DNA of 64,000 nucleotides from Blastocatellia bacterium (GTDB lineage: Bacteria; Acidobacteriota; Blastocatellia; UBA7656), in assembly GCA_963765495.1 (NCBI GenBank), contig CAVXWP010000016.1, positions 192,001 through 256,000 of the forward strand, in the 5' to 3' direction. Below, in pieces: positions 22,775 through 32,834 of the stretch. The position numbers and the translations under genes were made by a program. The notes under the pieces are model-generated. The model was not told the origin of the DNA. It saw nothing but the letters and a program-made list of their open reading frames with translations, and made no database searches. Position 1 is the first letter of the stretch. Each line of letters begins with the position of its first letter.

Positions 22775-23400
22775 GCACCCCCACTACCATACGCATCCTC
22801 TGTGTTGACGACCACCCCCTGCTGCGCGAGGGAATCGCCGCCATCATAAACAATGAACCGGATATGCTGCTTGTGGGCGAAGCCGCTACAGGCTGCGAGG
22901 CCATTGAAAAGTTTCGAGAGCACAAGCCTGACATCACCCTCATGGACCTGAGACTCCCCGACATGAGCGGGATTGATTCGTTGATTGCCATCAGGACGGA
23001 ATTTCCCGAAGCCAGCATCATCATGTTGACAACCTTCGAAGGCGATGTGGAAATCCGCCGCGCTCTCGAGGCGGGAGCACGCGGCTATATGCTCAAGAGC
23101 ATGCCTCCAAAGGAACTGGTAGAAGTGATACAGCAGGCGCACGCGGGAAAGAAGCGTATCCCCGCCGAGGTAGCGGCGCATCTGGCCGAGTACTTCGGCG
23201 ATGATGCCCTGACCGAGCGCGAGATAGAGGTACTCCGACTCGTCGCCGAGGGAAACCGCAATCGCGACATCGCAGAACGGCTCTTTATCTCGGAGGAGAC
23301 GGTCAAGGTCCACGTCAAACACGTCATGGAAAAGCTCGCGGCCAACGACCGCACGCAGGCGGTTGCCATAGCCATACGCCGTGGAATAATCCAATTGTGA
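22771..23400 (+). CDS. NarL/FixJ-family response regulator
   Basis: VDDH, LMDL phosphoacceptor, LTERE..ETVKVH LuxR HTH; abuts kinase stop. Confidence 0.95.
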   Translation: MSTPTTIRILCVDDHPLLREGIAAIINNEPDMLLVGEAATGCEAIEKFREHKPDITLMDLRLPDMSGIDSLIAIRTEFPEASIIMLTTFEGDVEIRRALEAGARGYMLKSMPPKELVEVIQQAHAGKKRIPAEVAAHLAEYFGDDALTEREIEVLRLVAEGNRNRDIAERLFISEETVKVHVKHVMEKLAANDRTQAVAIAIRRGIIQL

Positions 23401-23548
23401 AGCCCACAATTCTCCTTGCTGAATAAAATACTCAGGAAGTGGTCAGAAAAGATACCACGATCTAGGGATTCGCGCCGGGTCTCTATACATTATCATTCTG
23501 CCGTCAGATACGTGTATGAATACCAAAAAGACATGAAGGAGATGCAGA

Positions 23549-23971
23549 CTGCAAAGGCTATTTTCCACTTTTCCGGGCGGGTGGCCTGGCACAGGTTTGC
23601 TGCTGTTGCGAGCCGGGGTCGGAGCGACAGCGGTCGTCCAGGGAGGCATCTATCTGGCTGACCACAGCAATCCTGCACCGGCAATCTGGGCAATCGGCCT
23701 GCTTGCGGTCACAGGCGGCGTTCTGCTTCTGATCGGATTCCTGACGCCCGCTGCCGGTATCCTGATAGGGTTGGGCAGCCTGAGCCACGCGCTTCGCTGG
23801 CTTCCTGCTTCGACTCCGAATCTGTTCGACACTCCGTTGTCAATTATCTTTGTGATCATTATGGCCGCGGCACTTGTCTTTCTCGGCCCGGGAGCCTTTT
23901 CGCTCGATTCCCGTTTGTTCGGACGCCGCGAGATTATAATTCCTCACGCCTCCAGTTCTCCAAAACCCTGA
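23549..23971 (+). CDS. DoxX-like membrane protein, probable CTG start
   Basis: GAAGGAG-N7-CTG CAA AGG CTA TTT TCC gives (M)QRLFSTFPGGWPGTGLLLLR; C-terminal GPGAFSLD. Confidence 0.7.
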   Translation: MQRLFSTFPGGWPGTGLLLLRAGVGATAVVQGGIYLADHSNPAPAIWAIGLLAVTGGVLLLIGFLTPAAGILIGLGSLSHALRWLPASTPNLFDTPLSIIFVIIMAAALVFLGPGAFSLDSRLFGRREIIIPHASSSPKP

Positions 23972-24083
23972 TCTGACAATCGATCATCTTCTGATATTCG
24001 AAAACGAAGCCCGGCAGTTCTCGATTACCAACCCGCACGTTCTCAGCAGTAGTACAAAAAATATTCGAGACTGAAGTCGTCAT

Positions 24084-24569
24084 TCAAATGGACTGGAACA
24101 AGATTGGGCGAACACGCTCGCGCAAACGCTGAAGTTCGCTTGCATTGTGGCGAAGGAGATCGTGTTCCCATGTTATATCAGTTTCTTCGCGGCAATCCCT
24201 GGCCAACTCTGAACCGATGGTTTCGTAAGAGCCGAGAGCGGTCTTGAGGTCTTCGGGTTCTGTCCAGGTGCCCAGAATAAAGACCCTGTCAGTCAAATCA
24301 GCTGGAACGGTGGCCTTCGCAGCATCCCCTCTATCTTGCCTACCATCAAAGTCAACCAACAGAACCATAAATCGATTAGGATATCGTTGCATTTCACTAA
24401 CATGCTCCGATTTGAAAAGACTCAGTACATTATGCCAGCCACCTGCCACCCGCAGCACTTGCATCTGCCGGGTCGAGTTAATCTCCAGATGAAAGCCGTT
24501 CGCCAACTCGCGATTGGCATCATCTTCGGGAAGCACATAAATGTGTGGCTTATTCTTGTTGACGCTCAT
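24084..24569 (-). CDS. Hypothetical protein, TOPRIM-like (ATPase partner)
   Basis: VLPEDD and LLVDFD acidic motifs; ATGA overlap with upstream ATPase. Confidence 0.6.
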   Translation of the reverse strand: MSVNKNKPHIYVLPEDDANRELANGFHLEINSTRQMQVLRVAGGWHNVLSLFKSEHVSEMQRYPNRFMVLLVDFDGRQDRGDAAKATVPADLTDRVFILGTWTEPEDLKTALGSYETIGSELARDCREETDITWEHDLLRHNASELQRLRERVRPILFQSI

Positions 24570-25675
24570 GGTTCTATATCGCCACGAATAAGCGCGCTGA
24601 TAAGATCCCCGTTGTATTGGATGTCGTTTAACGGCTTGATGCGCGTAGGCTCAAGATGGTTATCCCTATAAAGAACAAATGTATTCTCGTCAGAAAAACG
24701 GCTGATCGCCTCTGGATTGTGCGAGGTCGCGATGAACTGGCCGCCGGATTGGAACGCTTTGCGAAGAGCCAATACAAAGTGTCCAACCTCATCCAGCGCA
24801 AGATAGTTGTCCGGCTCATCCCAAAAACAAAGCACCGGGCCGTATGCATAGTTCGCGGCGAGCACCAGGGCGCATATAGTGAAGCATTTCTCGCCGTCGG
24901 AAAGAGATTCGAAAGGGATGGTCAGACTTCCTTGAGTATTGGAAAAATGGACAGAAAGGCTTCGAGAATCTTTGCCTACCATCGGATTTCTGATGTCCTT
25001 CAGGTCGGGCATCACTTGCTTGAGATATTCATCAATTCTGGCATAAGCGGCTGGTGCGTAAGCGAGCAAACCTGAAAACCACTCGCCAAAGTCGGTGACC
25101 TGAATATTCGGCCACAGCGTCTCTTTTTCGGAGTCCCCTGGGATCAAACTGGGTATTGGCCGAAGGATGAGCATACGAGCGAGCCACTCCTTAAATATAA
25201 AAAGAGGAGCGTTCCTCGACTCTTCCTGAACTATCGGCAGAGCCACCAGTTGCAAGTTTACAGGGAAATTCGCCTCCTGCCTCCCGTTTGTTTTTGCAAG
25301 CCGCATCCGGCCCTGTTTTCGGGAGTAGACGGGCGTGCCGTCAATTGCGAGGTTCTCTTCAAGTACGACTGGTTCTTTGGCCGACCCCTGAATTCTAAAA
25401 GCGATGACATACTCGTATATCTTGGCGTCCAGATCGACCTCGATTTCAAATCGCATAGGCACGTCTACGCGCTCGCGAGTGAAATCACTCGACTTAATAA
25501 GGTCGCCTACCTTGTTCGTACCTCTGGCGATTCTCTGTAGAACTTCCAGCGCGAGCCCAATTGCTGTCTTGCCTGTGCCATTTTTCCCAATTAGCAGGAT
25601 GGACGAGTGGCCTGAGACTGGTAGCTCGAAGTTTTCCAGGGACCGGAAATTATGAATGTAAAACCGACGTATCAC
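24566..25675 (-). CDS. AAA_21/ABC-type ATPase (no TM domain)
   Basis: NFRSL, GKNGTGKT, LSDGEK, WDEPDNYL, TSHNP; GTG start at 25675. Confidence 0.88.
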   Translation of the reverse strand: MIRRFYIHNFRSLENFELPVSGHSSILLIGKNGTGKTAIGLALEVLQRIARGTNKVGDLIKSSDFTRERVDVPMRFEIEVDLDAKIYEYVIAFRIQGSAKEPVVLEENLAIDGTPVYSRKQGRMRLAKTNGRQEANFPVNLQLVALPIVQEESRNAPLFIFKEWLARMLILRPIPSLIPGDSEKETLWPNIQVTDFGEWFSGLLAYAPAAYARIDEYLKQVMPDLKDIRNPMVGKDSRSLSVHFSNTQGSLTIPFESLSDGEKCFTICALVLAANYAYGPVLCFWDEPDNYLALDEVGHFVLALRKAFQSGGQFIATSHNPEAISRFSDENTFVLYRDNHLEPTRIKPLNDIQYNGDLISALIRGDIEP

Positions 25676-25964
25676 AAATGGATGATACTGCGCATCTGAG
25701 GGCAGGCTCAACCGGAATGTTACATTTTCCTGCCTGGACACACCGGCTATGAATTCCATCACACAAGGGCTTATCAAATAATTCTTGATTACCACGATGG
25801 TGGTAGAAAAAAAACATTCGATCTCGTGATGTTTTATTTGCCCGCCTGCTTCATAGTGTGAGTCGAGGGGAACGATGAAGCTAGAGCGATCAATGGATTC
25901 ACCCAACTGCACAGGCAGGACCGGATGAAAAGAATTTCAAACTGATTAGCGAGGGAGACGCGTC

Positions 25965-26441
25965 ATGCTAAAGACTTTCACTTTGATACACGTCGTGATA
26001 AGCCTGATTGGGATCGGCTCTGGACTGGTAGTCTTATTCGGATTGCTCACCGGGAAACGATTCAACGGCTGGACGGCACTTTTTCTGGCAACCACTGTGG
26101 CGACGAGCGTAACCGGGTTTGGCTTTCCATTCCATAAACTCTTACCGTCACATATAGTCGGCATCATATCGCTCGTGGTGCTTGGGGCTGCAATCCTTGC
26201 GCGCTACGTTTATCACATGACAGGCGCGTGGCGATGGATATATGTGGTCGGCGCTATGATAGCCCTTTATCTGAATGTCTTTGTCGCGCTCGTGCAGGCA
26301 TTTCAGAAAATACCCGGCCTGAAAGCGGTGGCTCCGACGCAATCCGAACTACCGTTTTTGCTCACGCAGATAATCGTTCTGACGCTTTTCGTAGCGCTTG
26401 CCGTTATGGCTACAAAAAGGTTTCGAATCGCTCGCGCCTGA
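25965..26441 (+). CDS. Multi-pass membrane hypothetical protein
   Basis: About five hydrophobic helices, GAGGGAG RBS. Confidence 0.75.
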   Translation: MLKTFTLIHVVISLIGIGSGLVVLFGLLTGKRFNGWTALFLATTVATSVTGFGFPFHKLLPSHIVGIISLVVLGAAILARYVYHMTGAWRWIYVVGAMIALYLNVFVALVQAFQKIPGLKAVAPTQSELPFLLTQIIVLTLFVALAVMATKRFRIARA

Positions 26442-26540
26442 TCTTCAGGCAGAGAGCCTTCACCCGGTCGTCACCAGAGCGAGAGGCTTTCGGCGGGTCG
26501 TTTTTCTAAGAATAAAGCACTGATTTCAAAAGGAGACAAC

Positions 26541-27296
26541 ATGTCCACAAACGGAAAGAAACTCACAGGCAAGGTCGCCGTCGTAACCGGCGCGTCGAAA
26601 GGCATAGGAGCAGCCATAGCCACAAATCTGGCCGACGAAGGCGCGGCTGTCGTCGTCAACTACGCCTCAAGCAAAGAGGGGGCTGATCGCGTTGTCAGCC
26701 AAATCACAGCCAGAGGCGGGAAGGCCGTAGCCGTGCAGGCAAACGTAGCCAATAAGACCGATATTGCGCGTCTGTTTTCAGCCACGGAAAAAGAATTCGG
26801 AAAGGTTGACATTCTGGTCAATAACGCCGGTGTTTATGAGATGTGGCCCATCGAGCAAATTACCGAAGAGCATTTTCACAAACAATTTGATCTGAATGTG
26901 CTCGGCCTGATTCTCACCGTTCAGGAAGCAATAAAGCACTTCGGTCCAGAGGGCGGAAGCATTATCAATCTCAGTTCGATAGTGAGCACGTTGAGCCCCG
27001 CCAATGCCCCGGTCTACAGCGCCACAAAGGCGGCGGTTGACGCCTTGACGAGGTCGTTTGCAAAAGAACTGGCGTCGCGGAAAATTCGCGTCAATTCCAT
27101 CAACCCGGGAATGATTGAAACGGAGGGCGTGCATTCGACGGGATTTATAGACCTGCGCGCGACTTTCGAAGCGATCACCCCGCTCGGTCGCATCGGCCAA
27201 CCGCAGGACATCGCGCCTGCGGCGGTCTTCCTCGCTTCCGCAGATTCGGCGTGGATGACAGGCGAAACCATGTTTATCACGGGCGGCTTGCGTTGA
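26541..27296 (+). CDS. SDR oxidoreductase
   Basis: TGASKGIG, NNAG, YSATK. Confidence 0.93.
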   Translation: MSTNGKKLTGKVAVVTGASKGIGAAIATNLADEGAAVVVNYASSKEGADRVVSQITARGGKAVAVQANVANKTDIARLFSATEKEFGKVDILVNNAGVYEMWPIEQITEEHFHKQFDLNVLGLILTVQEAIKHFGPEGGSIINLSSIVSTLSPANAPVYSATKAAVDALTRSFAKELASRKIRVNSINPGMIETEGVHSTGFIDLRATFEAITPLGRIGQPQDIAPAAVFLASADSAWMTGETMFITGGLR

Positions 27297-27318
27297 CCCT
27301 CTAAAGGTAGGAACTACT

Positions 27319-27780
27319 ATGACACTTCTGTTTGCTTTTCTGATAGGACTGTTTACGGGGTTGCGCTCGCTCACGCCACCAGCGGTGACTGCGTGGGCCG
27401 CGTATCTGGGATGGCTGAAACTCGACCGCCCGCTCTCTTTAATCGGCACGCTTCCTTCGGTAATAATCCTCACCTTGCTCGCAGTCATAGAGCTTGTGGC
27501 CGACAAGCTGCCGAAAACACCCAGCCGCACAGCGCCTCCGGGGCTGATCGCGCGGATCGTTATGGGCTCGCTCGCAGGCGCGTGCGTTGCCGCAGCCGCC
27601 GGGCAGGGCGCTGTTCCCGGCATTCTGCTTGGCGCTCTGGGCGCTGTTGTGGGATGTTTCGGAGGCTATCAGGCACGTAAGCGACTCGTCAAAGCGCTCG
27701 GCACACCCGACCTCTATATCGCCCTGCTTGAAGACATCGTAACCATTGGCGGCAGCCTCTGGATCGTTTCGCGGTTTTGA
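27319..27780 (+). CDS. DUF4126-like membrane protein
   Basis: GLRSLTP, ELVADKLPKTPSR, ALLED. Confidence 0.7.
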   Translation: MTLLFAFLIGLFTGLRSLTPPAVTAWAAYLGWLKLDRPLSLIGTLPSVIILTLLAVIELVADKLPKTPSRTAPPGLIARIVMGSLAGACVAAAAGQGAVPGILLGALGAVVGCFGGYQARKRLVKALGTPDLYIALLEDIVTIGGSLWIVSRF

Positions 27781-27906
27781 GCATCCCTTAGATATCAGGG
27801 GGCGAAAGACCTGTTTGATCGATTGAGGCTTGCCGCTTTTATAAACACAGGTGAAAACCACAAGATGAGCACATATACAAGATGAGCACATACAAAGGAG
27901 ATTCTT

Positions 27907-28899
27907 ATGTCAGATAATAAACAACCCGTTCTTGAACCGGCGACCCGCGCATTCATTGACGCCGTCAACGCGCAGGGAGGGACCCCGCTTTATGAGCTTC
28001 CCTACGCCGACGCCCGTCAGGTGCTGGAAAACGCGCAGAAGATAGAGGTCAACAAATTACCGGCCGATGTCGAAGAGCACGTTCTGCCGGTTGGCCCTGA
28101 CGGAGAGGTTTCGGTTCGCATTTACCGCCCGAAGGGGGCCGAAGGGCTTCTGCCTGTCGTGATGTATTTCCACGGCGGCGGCTGGATTTTGGGCAGCAAA
28201 GAGACGCACGACAGACTGCTGCGCGATCTGGTCAACGGGACCGAGGCGGCTTTCGTTTTTGTAAACTACACGCCCTCGCCCGAAGCGCAGTTTCCAGTGC
28301 CGCTCGAAGAGTGCTACGCGGCGACAAAATACATAGGCGAGCACGGCGATCAGTTTGGCTTTGATACCGGCAGGCTTGCTGTGGCCGGTGACAGCGCAGG
28401 CGGAGACTTGTGCGCAGTGGTCACGCATCTTGCCAAAGAGCGCGGAGGCCCGGCGATTCGTTATCAGGTGCTTCTCTATCCGGTGACCGATGGAAGCCTC
28501 TCTCAGAAATCCTATGAAGAGTTTGCAGAAGGTCTGTGGCTGTCGCGGGCTGCGATGGCATGGTTCTGGGACGCATACGCTCCCAATCTGGAAGACCGCA
28601 AGAAGAGCACGGCATCACCTCTACAGGCGACAGAAGAGCAGTTAAAGGGACTGCCTCCGGCGCTCATCATCGTAGACGAAAACGACATTCTGCGTGATGA
28701 AGGCGAAGAGTACGCAAGAAAGCTTATGAAGGCGGGCGTTGAGGTGACGGCGTTGCGGGCTCTTGCGACCCTTCACGATTTCGCGATGTTAAATGCTTTA
28801 GCCAATACGCCCGCAACCAGACTCGTCGTCGAACTGGCTTCGGAAAAGCTCAGATCCGCACTTGCGAGTGACGCTCGAACCACGGCAGCCGGGAAATAG
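27907..28899 (+). CDS. HSL-family (family IV) alpha/beta hydrolase
   Basis: HGGGW, GDSAGG, DILRDEG, HDF. Confidence 0.92.
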   Translation: MSDNKQPVLEPATRAFIDAVNAQGGTPLYELPYADARQVLENAQKIEVNKLPADVEEHVLPVGPDGEVSVRIYRPKGAEGLLPVVMYFHGGGWILGSKETHDRLLRDLVNGTEAAFVFVNYTPSPEAQFPVPLEECYAATKYIGEHGDQFGFDTGRLAVAGDSAGGDLCAVVTHLAKERGGPAIRYQVLLYPVTDGSLSQKSYEEFAEGLWLSRAAMAWFWDAYAPNLEDRKKSTASPLQATEEQLKGLPPALIIVDENDILRDEGEEYARKLMKAGVEVTALRALATLHDFAMLNALANTPATRLVVELASEKLRSALASDARTTAAGK

Positions 28900-28968
28900 T
28901 GTCAACCGAAAGCGCCGAACGGAATAATAACCGGGGGACGGGGCATTAATGATCTGGGGGAATAAATC

Positions 28969-29622
28969 ATGAATATCGTCTCGATCAATGTGGGGCTGCC
29001 TCGCGAGGTCGTCTGGAAAGGTAAAAAGGTTGTGACCGGCATCTTCAAGGAGCCGGTCGCTGGAAACCTGCGTCTGCGCGCACTCAATTTCGACGGCGAC
29101 AGGCAGGCCGATTTATCGGTTCACGGCGGGCCGGAAAAAGCGGTCTACGCATATCCGGCGGAGCATTACGACTTCTGGCGAAGCGAATTGCCCGATATGA
29201 AACTGCCCTGGGGAATGTTTGGCGAGAATTTGACCACGACAGGTCTTGATGAAAGTGACCTCAACATCGGAGATCAGTTCCGCATCGGCTCGGCTGTCGT
29301 CAGGGTCACGCAGCCGCGAATGCCTTGCTACAAGCTCGCATTGAAATTCGGGCGTGACGACATCCTCAAGCGATTTCTCGATAGCGGACTAACCGGCTTT
29401 TACTTTGCCGTTCTGAAAGAGGGTGAAGTAAAAGCCGGTGACTCCATCGAACTGGTCGAGCGTGATTCGAGCGGTGTCACGGTGGCAGATATAACTCGAT
29501 TGTACGCGTTTGAGAAAAACAACCTGGACCTGTTGCGGCGAGCTATAAAGGTCGAAGCATTACCTGAAAGCTGGCGGGGTTACTTCGAGCACCGGCTTGA
29601 GAAAATCTCATCAGATCAGTAA
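28969..29622 (+). CDS. MOSC domain protein (YiiM-like)
   Basis: GDRQAD..HGG..KAV, FGENL, QPRMPCYKL, TGFY. Confidence 0.9.
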   Translation: MNIVSINVGLPREVVWKGKKVVTGIFKEPVAGNLRLRALNFDGDRQADLSVHGGPEKAVYAYPAEHYDFWRSELPDMKLPWGMFGENLTTTGLDESDLNIGDQFRIGSAVVRVTQPRMPCYKLALKFGRDDILKRFLDSGLTGFYFAVLKEGEVKAGDSIELVERDSSGVTVADITRLYAFEKNNLDLLRRAIKVEALPESWRGYFEHRLEKISSDQ

Positions 29623-29678
29623 AGGCCATCTTAATTACGATAAGAAGCGGCACAAGAATTCATAAAAGGAGCAACACG

Positions 29679-30422
29679 ATGGAGAAAGCACTTACAGGAA
29701 AGGTTGTGCTTGTGACAGGCGGGTCGCGCGGCATAGGTAGGGCGATAGCCGAACGGCTGGCCGATGAAGGAGCGACGGTCGCCATCACATACGTCAATGG
29801 AAAAGAGAAGGCCGAAGAGGTTGTGCTCGCAATCCTTGCGGCGGGCGGGCGGGCGCGGGCCATCCGCGCTGACAGCGCAGACGCGGAGGCGGTCAGAAGC
29901 GCCGTTGCCGAGACGGTTCAAGCCTTTGACCGTCTGGATGTGCTGGTCAACAACGCGGGGATAGCAAAGATTGCGCCGCTTGACGAGTTTTCTCTCGACG
30001 ACTTTGACCGCATGATTTCTGTAAACGTCCGGGGCGTCTTTGCCGCCGCCAAGGAAGCATCCCGTCATATGGGTGAAGGCGGGCGCATCATCACGATAGG
30101 CAGCGTCAACGCCGGGTTCATGCCTTTCGCAGGCGGCAGCGTCTATGCCATGACAAAGGCCGCGGTTGCCGGTCTTACGCGCGGGCTGGCGCGCGACCTG
30201 GGGCCGCGCGGAATCACGGTCAACAACGTACAACCGGGCCCGGTTGACACCGACATGAACCCCGAGGACGGGCCGTTTGCCCCCACCTTGAAAGGTCTGA
30301 TCGCCGTAGGACGCTACGGCCGGGACAAGGAAATAGCCGGGCTGGTCGCCTATCTCGCCAGCCCCGAAGCCGGATACATCACAGGCGCGAGCCTCACCAT
30401 AGACGGCGGCTTCAGCGCCTGA
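29679..30422 (+). CDS. SDR oxidoreductase
   Basis: TGGSRGIG, NNAG, YAMTK, PGPVDTDMNP. Confidence 0.92.
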   Translation: MEKALTGKVVLVTGGSRGIGRAIAERLADEGATVAITYVNGKEKAEEVVLAILAAGGRARAIRADSADAEAVRSAVAETVQAFDRLDVLVNNAGIAKIAPLDEFSLDDFDRMISVNVRGVFAAAKEASRHMGEGGRIITIGSVNAGFMPFAGGSVYAMTKAAVAGLTRGLARDLGPRGITVNNVQPGPVDTDMNPEDGPFAPTLKGLIAVGRYGRDKEIAGLVAYLASPEAGYITGASLTIDGGFSA

Positions 30423-30479
30423 TCGCTTTCGATATGAATTTATAGTTTCTGGTAAGAACGCTCAATAAGGAGTGACAGA

Positions 30480-30539
30480 GTGTCAAAGAGACTCGCGGGA
30501 AAAATCGCAGTCGTCAATAACTCAGCAGGTTCGAATTGA
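30480..30539 (+). pseudogene. 5' remnant of an SDR gene
   Basis: AAGGAG then GTG: MSKRLAGKIAVV, diverging before TGxxxGIG and stopping after 19 aa. Confidence 0.55.
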
Positions 30540-30692
30540 CCTGATCCTGATGCGTGGCGGTGATTCCATGCGGCGCTCCAGGATAGTAGATGTCCTTCGC
30601 GCGGCTCATAAGCCGCGCGAATTCTCAGCCTTCTCTTATTCAGTAACGTCTGCATTTCTCATTCGGTAATTGGCCCTCAGCGCATTCCGGCC

Positions 30693-31148
30693 TCATTTCA
30701 CCGGCACGAGTATCGGAGCCCCTTTGTCCTTGACCAAGATGGCCAATATTTTTGCCGGCCTGGTGTCGCTTGCGTTTCGGCCAACGACGTGAATATCATC
30801 GGGACCCTCGTAAAAGGTCTGTCCCGGTGTGAGCGTCACTTCTTGTCCGCCTTTCACTTGCATGACAACCGAGCCTTCCAGCACGTAAATAAATCCGTGC
30901 GCATTGTGCTTGTGCACGGGGTCTGCTCCACCCGGCGGAAACTCCACGGTAATCATCGAGACTTCCTTACCTGGAATGTCCGCCAGAGTTTTCGACATCA
31001 GCGTCACCACGTCAGGCTGTTGGGCTTTCGCCGTGCTGCTCGCGAGCCAAAGCGCAAGCGTTGAAATTAGACCGACAGCCATCAATGCAGCAAGGGTGCG
31101 CGTGACCTTATTGGTCATTGTCGTGATTCGTTTCTCTCTGCTTAACAT
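30693..31148 (-). CDS. Secreted cupin domain protein
   Basis: Signal peptide, HKH..YVLEG, TFYE..H. Confidence 0.85.
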   Translation of the reverse strand: MLSREKRITTMTNKVTRTLAALMAVGLISTLALWLASSTAKAQQPDVVTLMSKTLADIPGKEVSMITVEFPPGGADPVHKHNAHGFIYVLEGSVVMQVKGGQEVTLTPGQTFYEGPDDIHVVGRNASDTRPAKILAILVKDKGAPILVPVK

Positions 31149-31219
31149 AGCTTTTCTCCTTTCTGAGTTCGTCGGCTTCGCAATCTGAAACCTGCTGATG
31201 TATATCCATCCAATCACGG

Positions 31220-32227
31220 TTACTCAGGCCGCAGGTATTTCTTCAGTTCTGCGGCTGCATGTTCGAACAGGGAACGAACTGCCGGTTCCGTCGCTAAAGC
31301 ATTCAACAATCCGAAGTCGTGGATCATGCCGTTGTAACGCACAGTGGTGACCTTAACACCCGCTACGTCCAGCTTGCGGCCGTATGCTTCGCCTTCGTCG
31401 CGCAGGATATCGCTTTCCGCGACCTGGATCAGTGCCGGAGGCAGTCCCTTCAGTTGTTCGATCGATGCTTGCAAGGGCGATGCATAGATTTCTTTGCGTT
31501 GTTGAGGGTCAGTCGTGTAGAGGTCATACATCCACTTCATCAACGGCGTAGTGAGGAAACGCTTCTCGCCAAATTGTTTGTAAGACTCTGTCTCGAAATC
31601 GGCATCCACAATCGGCCACATCATTATCTGAAGTTTGATTTCCGGGCCGCCGTGTTCCTTAGCCTTCAGCGCGGTCACCGCGGTCATATTGCCGCCGACG
31701 CTGTTGCCCACGACAGCGAGGTTTTTCCCGTCCACCCCGATCTCCTCGCCGTGTTCGGCTACCCATTTAGTGGCTGCAAAGATTTCGTTTATCGCTTGCG
31801 GATATCTGGCGTCAGGGGTGCGCGTGTAGTTGACGAAGACTCCGGCAAAGCCTGTGAGGACAACAAGGTCCCGTACCATCCGCTTGTGTGTCGGGTAATC
31901 GCCCAGCACCCAGCCCCCGCCATGAATGAAGATGAAGACAGGCAGCTTACCTTCGACTCCTTCCGGGCGCACGATGTTCAGTTTGATCGTGTAACCATCA
32001 GCCGAGATCGTCTTCTCCAACTCCTCAATGCCTGAAAGATCTACCGGAACGGATGCCTGCGCCTGAGCCAGCACTTCACGTGCTTCAAGCGGAGGCAGGC
32101 TCTCAATCGGCGGCCCGCCTGAAGAATTCAAGACTTTCAAGAATGCCTTCACCCCGCTTGAAAGACGCGGATCAATTGCAACTTCCAATGGTTTTTCTCG
32201 CTCTAAATTTGTTGTACTGCTCATCAT
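31220..32227 (-). CDS. HSL-family alpha/beta hydrolase
   Basis: HGGGW, GNSVGG, DILRDEG, HDF. Confidence 0.92.
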   Translation of the reverse strand: MMSSTTNLEREKPLEVAIDPRLSSGVKAFLKVLNSSGGPPIESLPPLEAREVLAQAQASVPVDLSGIEELEKTISADGYTIKLNIVRPEGVEGKLPVFIFIHGGGWVLGDYPTHKRMVRDLVVLTGFAGVFVNYTRTPDARYPQAINEIFAATKWVAEHGEEIGVDGKNLAVVGNSVGGNMTAVTALKAKEHGGPEIKLQIMMWPIVDADFETESYKQFGEKRFLTTPLMKWMYDLYTTDPQQRKEIYASPLQASIEQLKGLPPALIQVAESDILRDEGEAYGRKLDVAGVKVTTVRYNGMIHDFGLLNALATEPAVRSLFEHAAAELKKYLRPE

Positions 32228-32287
32228 CCCTCCTTTTCTGTAAACAAGTTGTCGGATATTTTGCCTTCGCAGAGAGACTCATCTTTC

Positions 32288-32797
32288 TCAAGAAGGCCGC
32301 TTTAAGGTGACGTGCTCACGATGATCCGGTCGGCTGATGGCGACGACCGGCGGTGAAGTCAGAATGATGATTTGCGTGCGCGGGCTGACCGGCTTGATCT
32401 GGCGGACCGCTTCGCCTGCTCCGATTCCAGGCATCATCAGATCCATTGACGCGACATCGGGCGCACATTCCTGACAAAGCGCCACCGCCTCTTCCCCTGA
32501 CGAAGCCTCGACCACGATCTTGAATTCAGGTTGTGTAGCCAGGAAAGCTGGCAAGCCCTGCCGCACGACGAGATGATCATTCGCCATAATCACTCTGATC
32601 TTTTCGATGGATGTGCCAGTATCTCGATCTACATCTGTTTCGCTTATCGGTTTATCATCCATTGAGAGATTCGACGTGGGTTCGGCCATTTGGCTCGCGC
32701 CACAGTAGCGACAGTACCTGAAGTTTGCCGTTACCTCGCCGCCGCACGTGCGACAACTCCTGATCTCCAGCGTCGGCATCTGATCAAATGTGTTCAT
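32288..32797 (-). pseudogene. Zinc ribbon fused to truncated receiver domain
   Basis: CRTC..CRYC then IRVIMANDH..MDLMMP..ILTS; REC domain ends before the conserved Lys. Confidence 0.55.
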
Positions 32798-32834
32798 AAT
32801 CCGCCTTCTGGGCTTTGCTCCGCATCCTGGCCTT

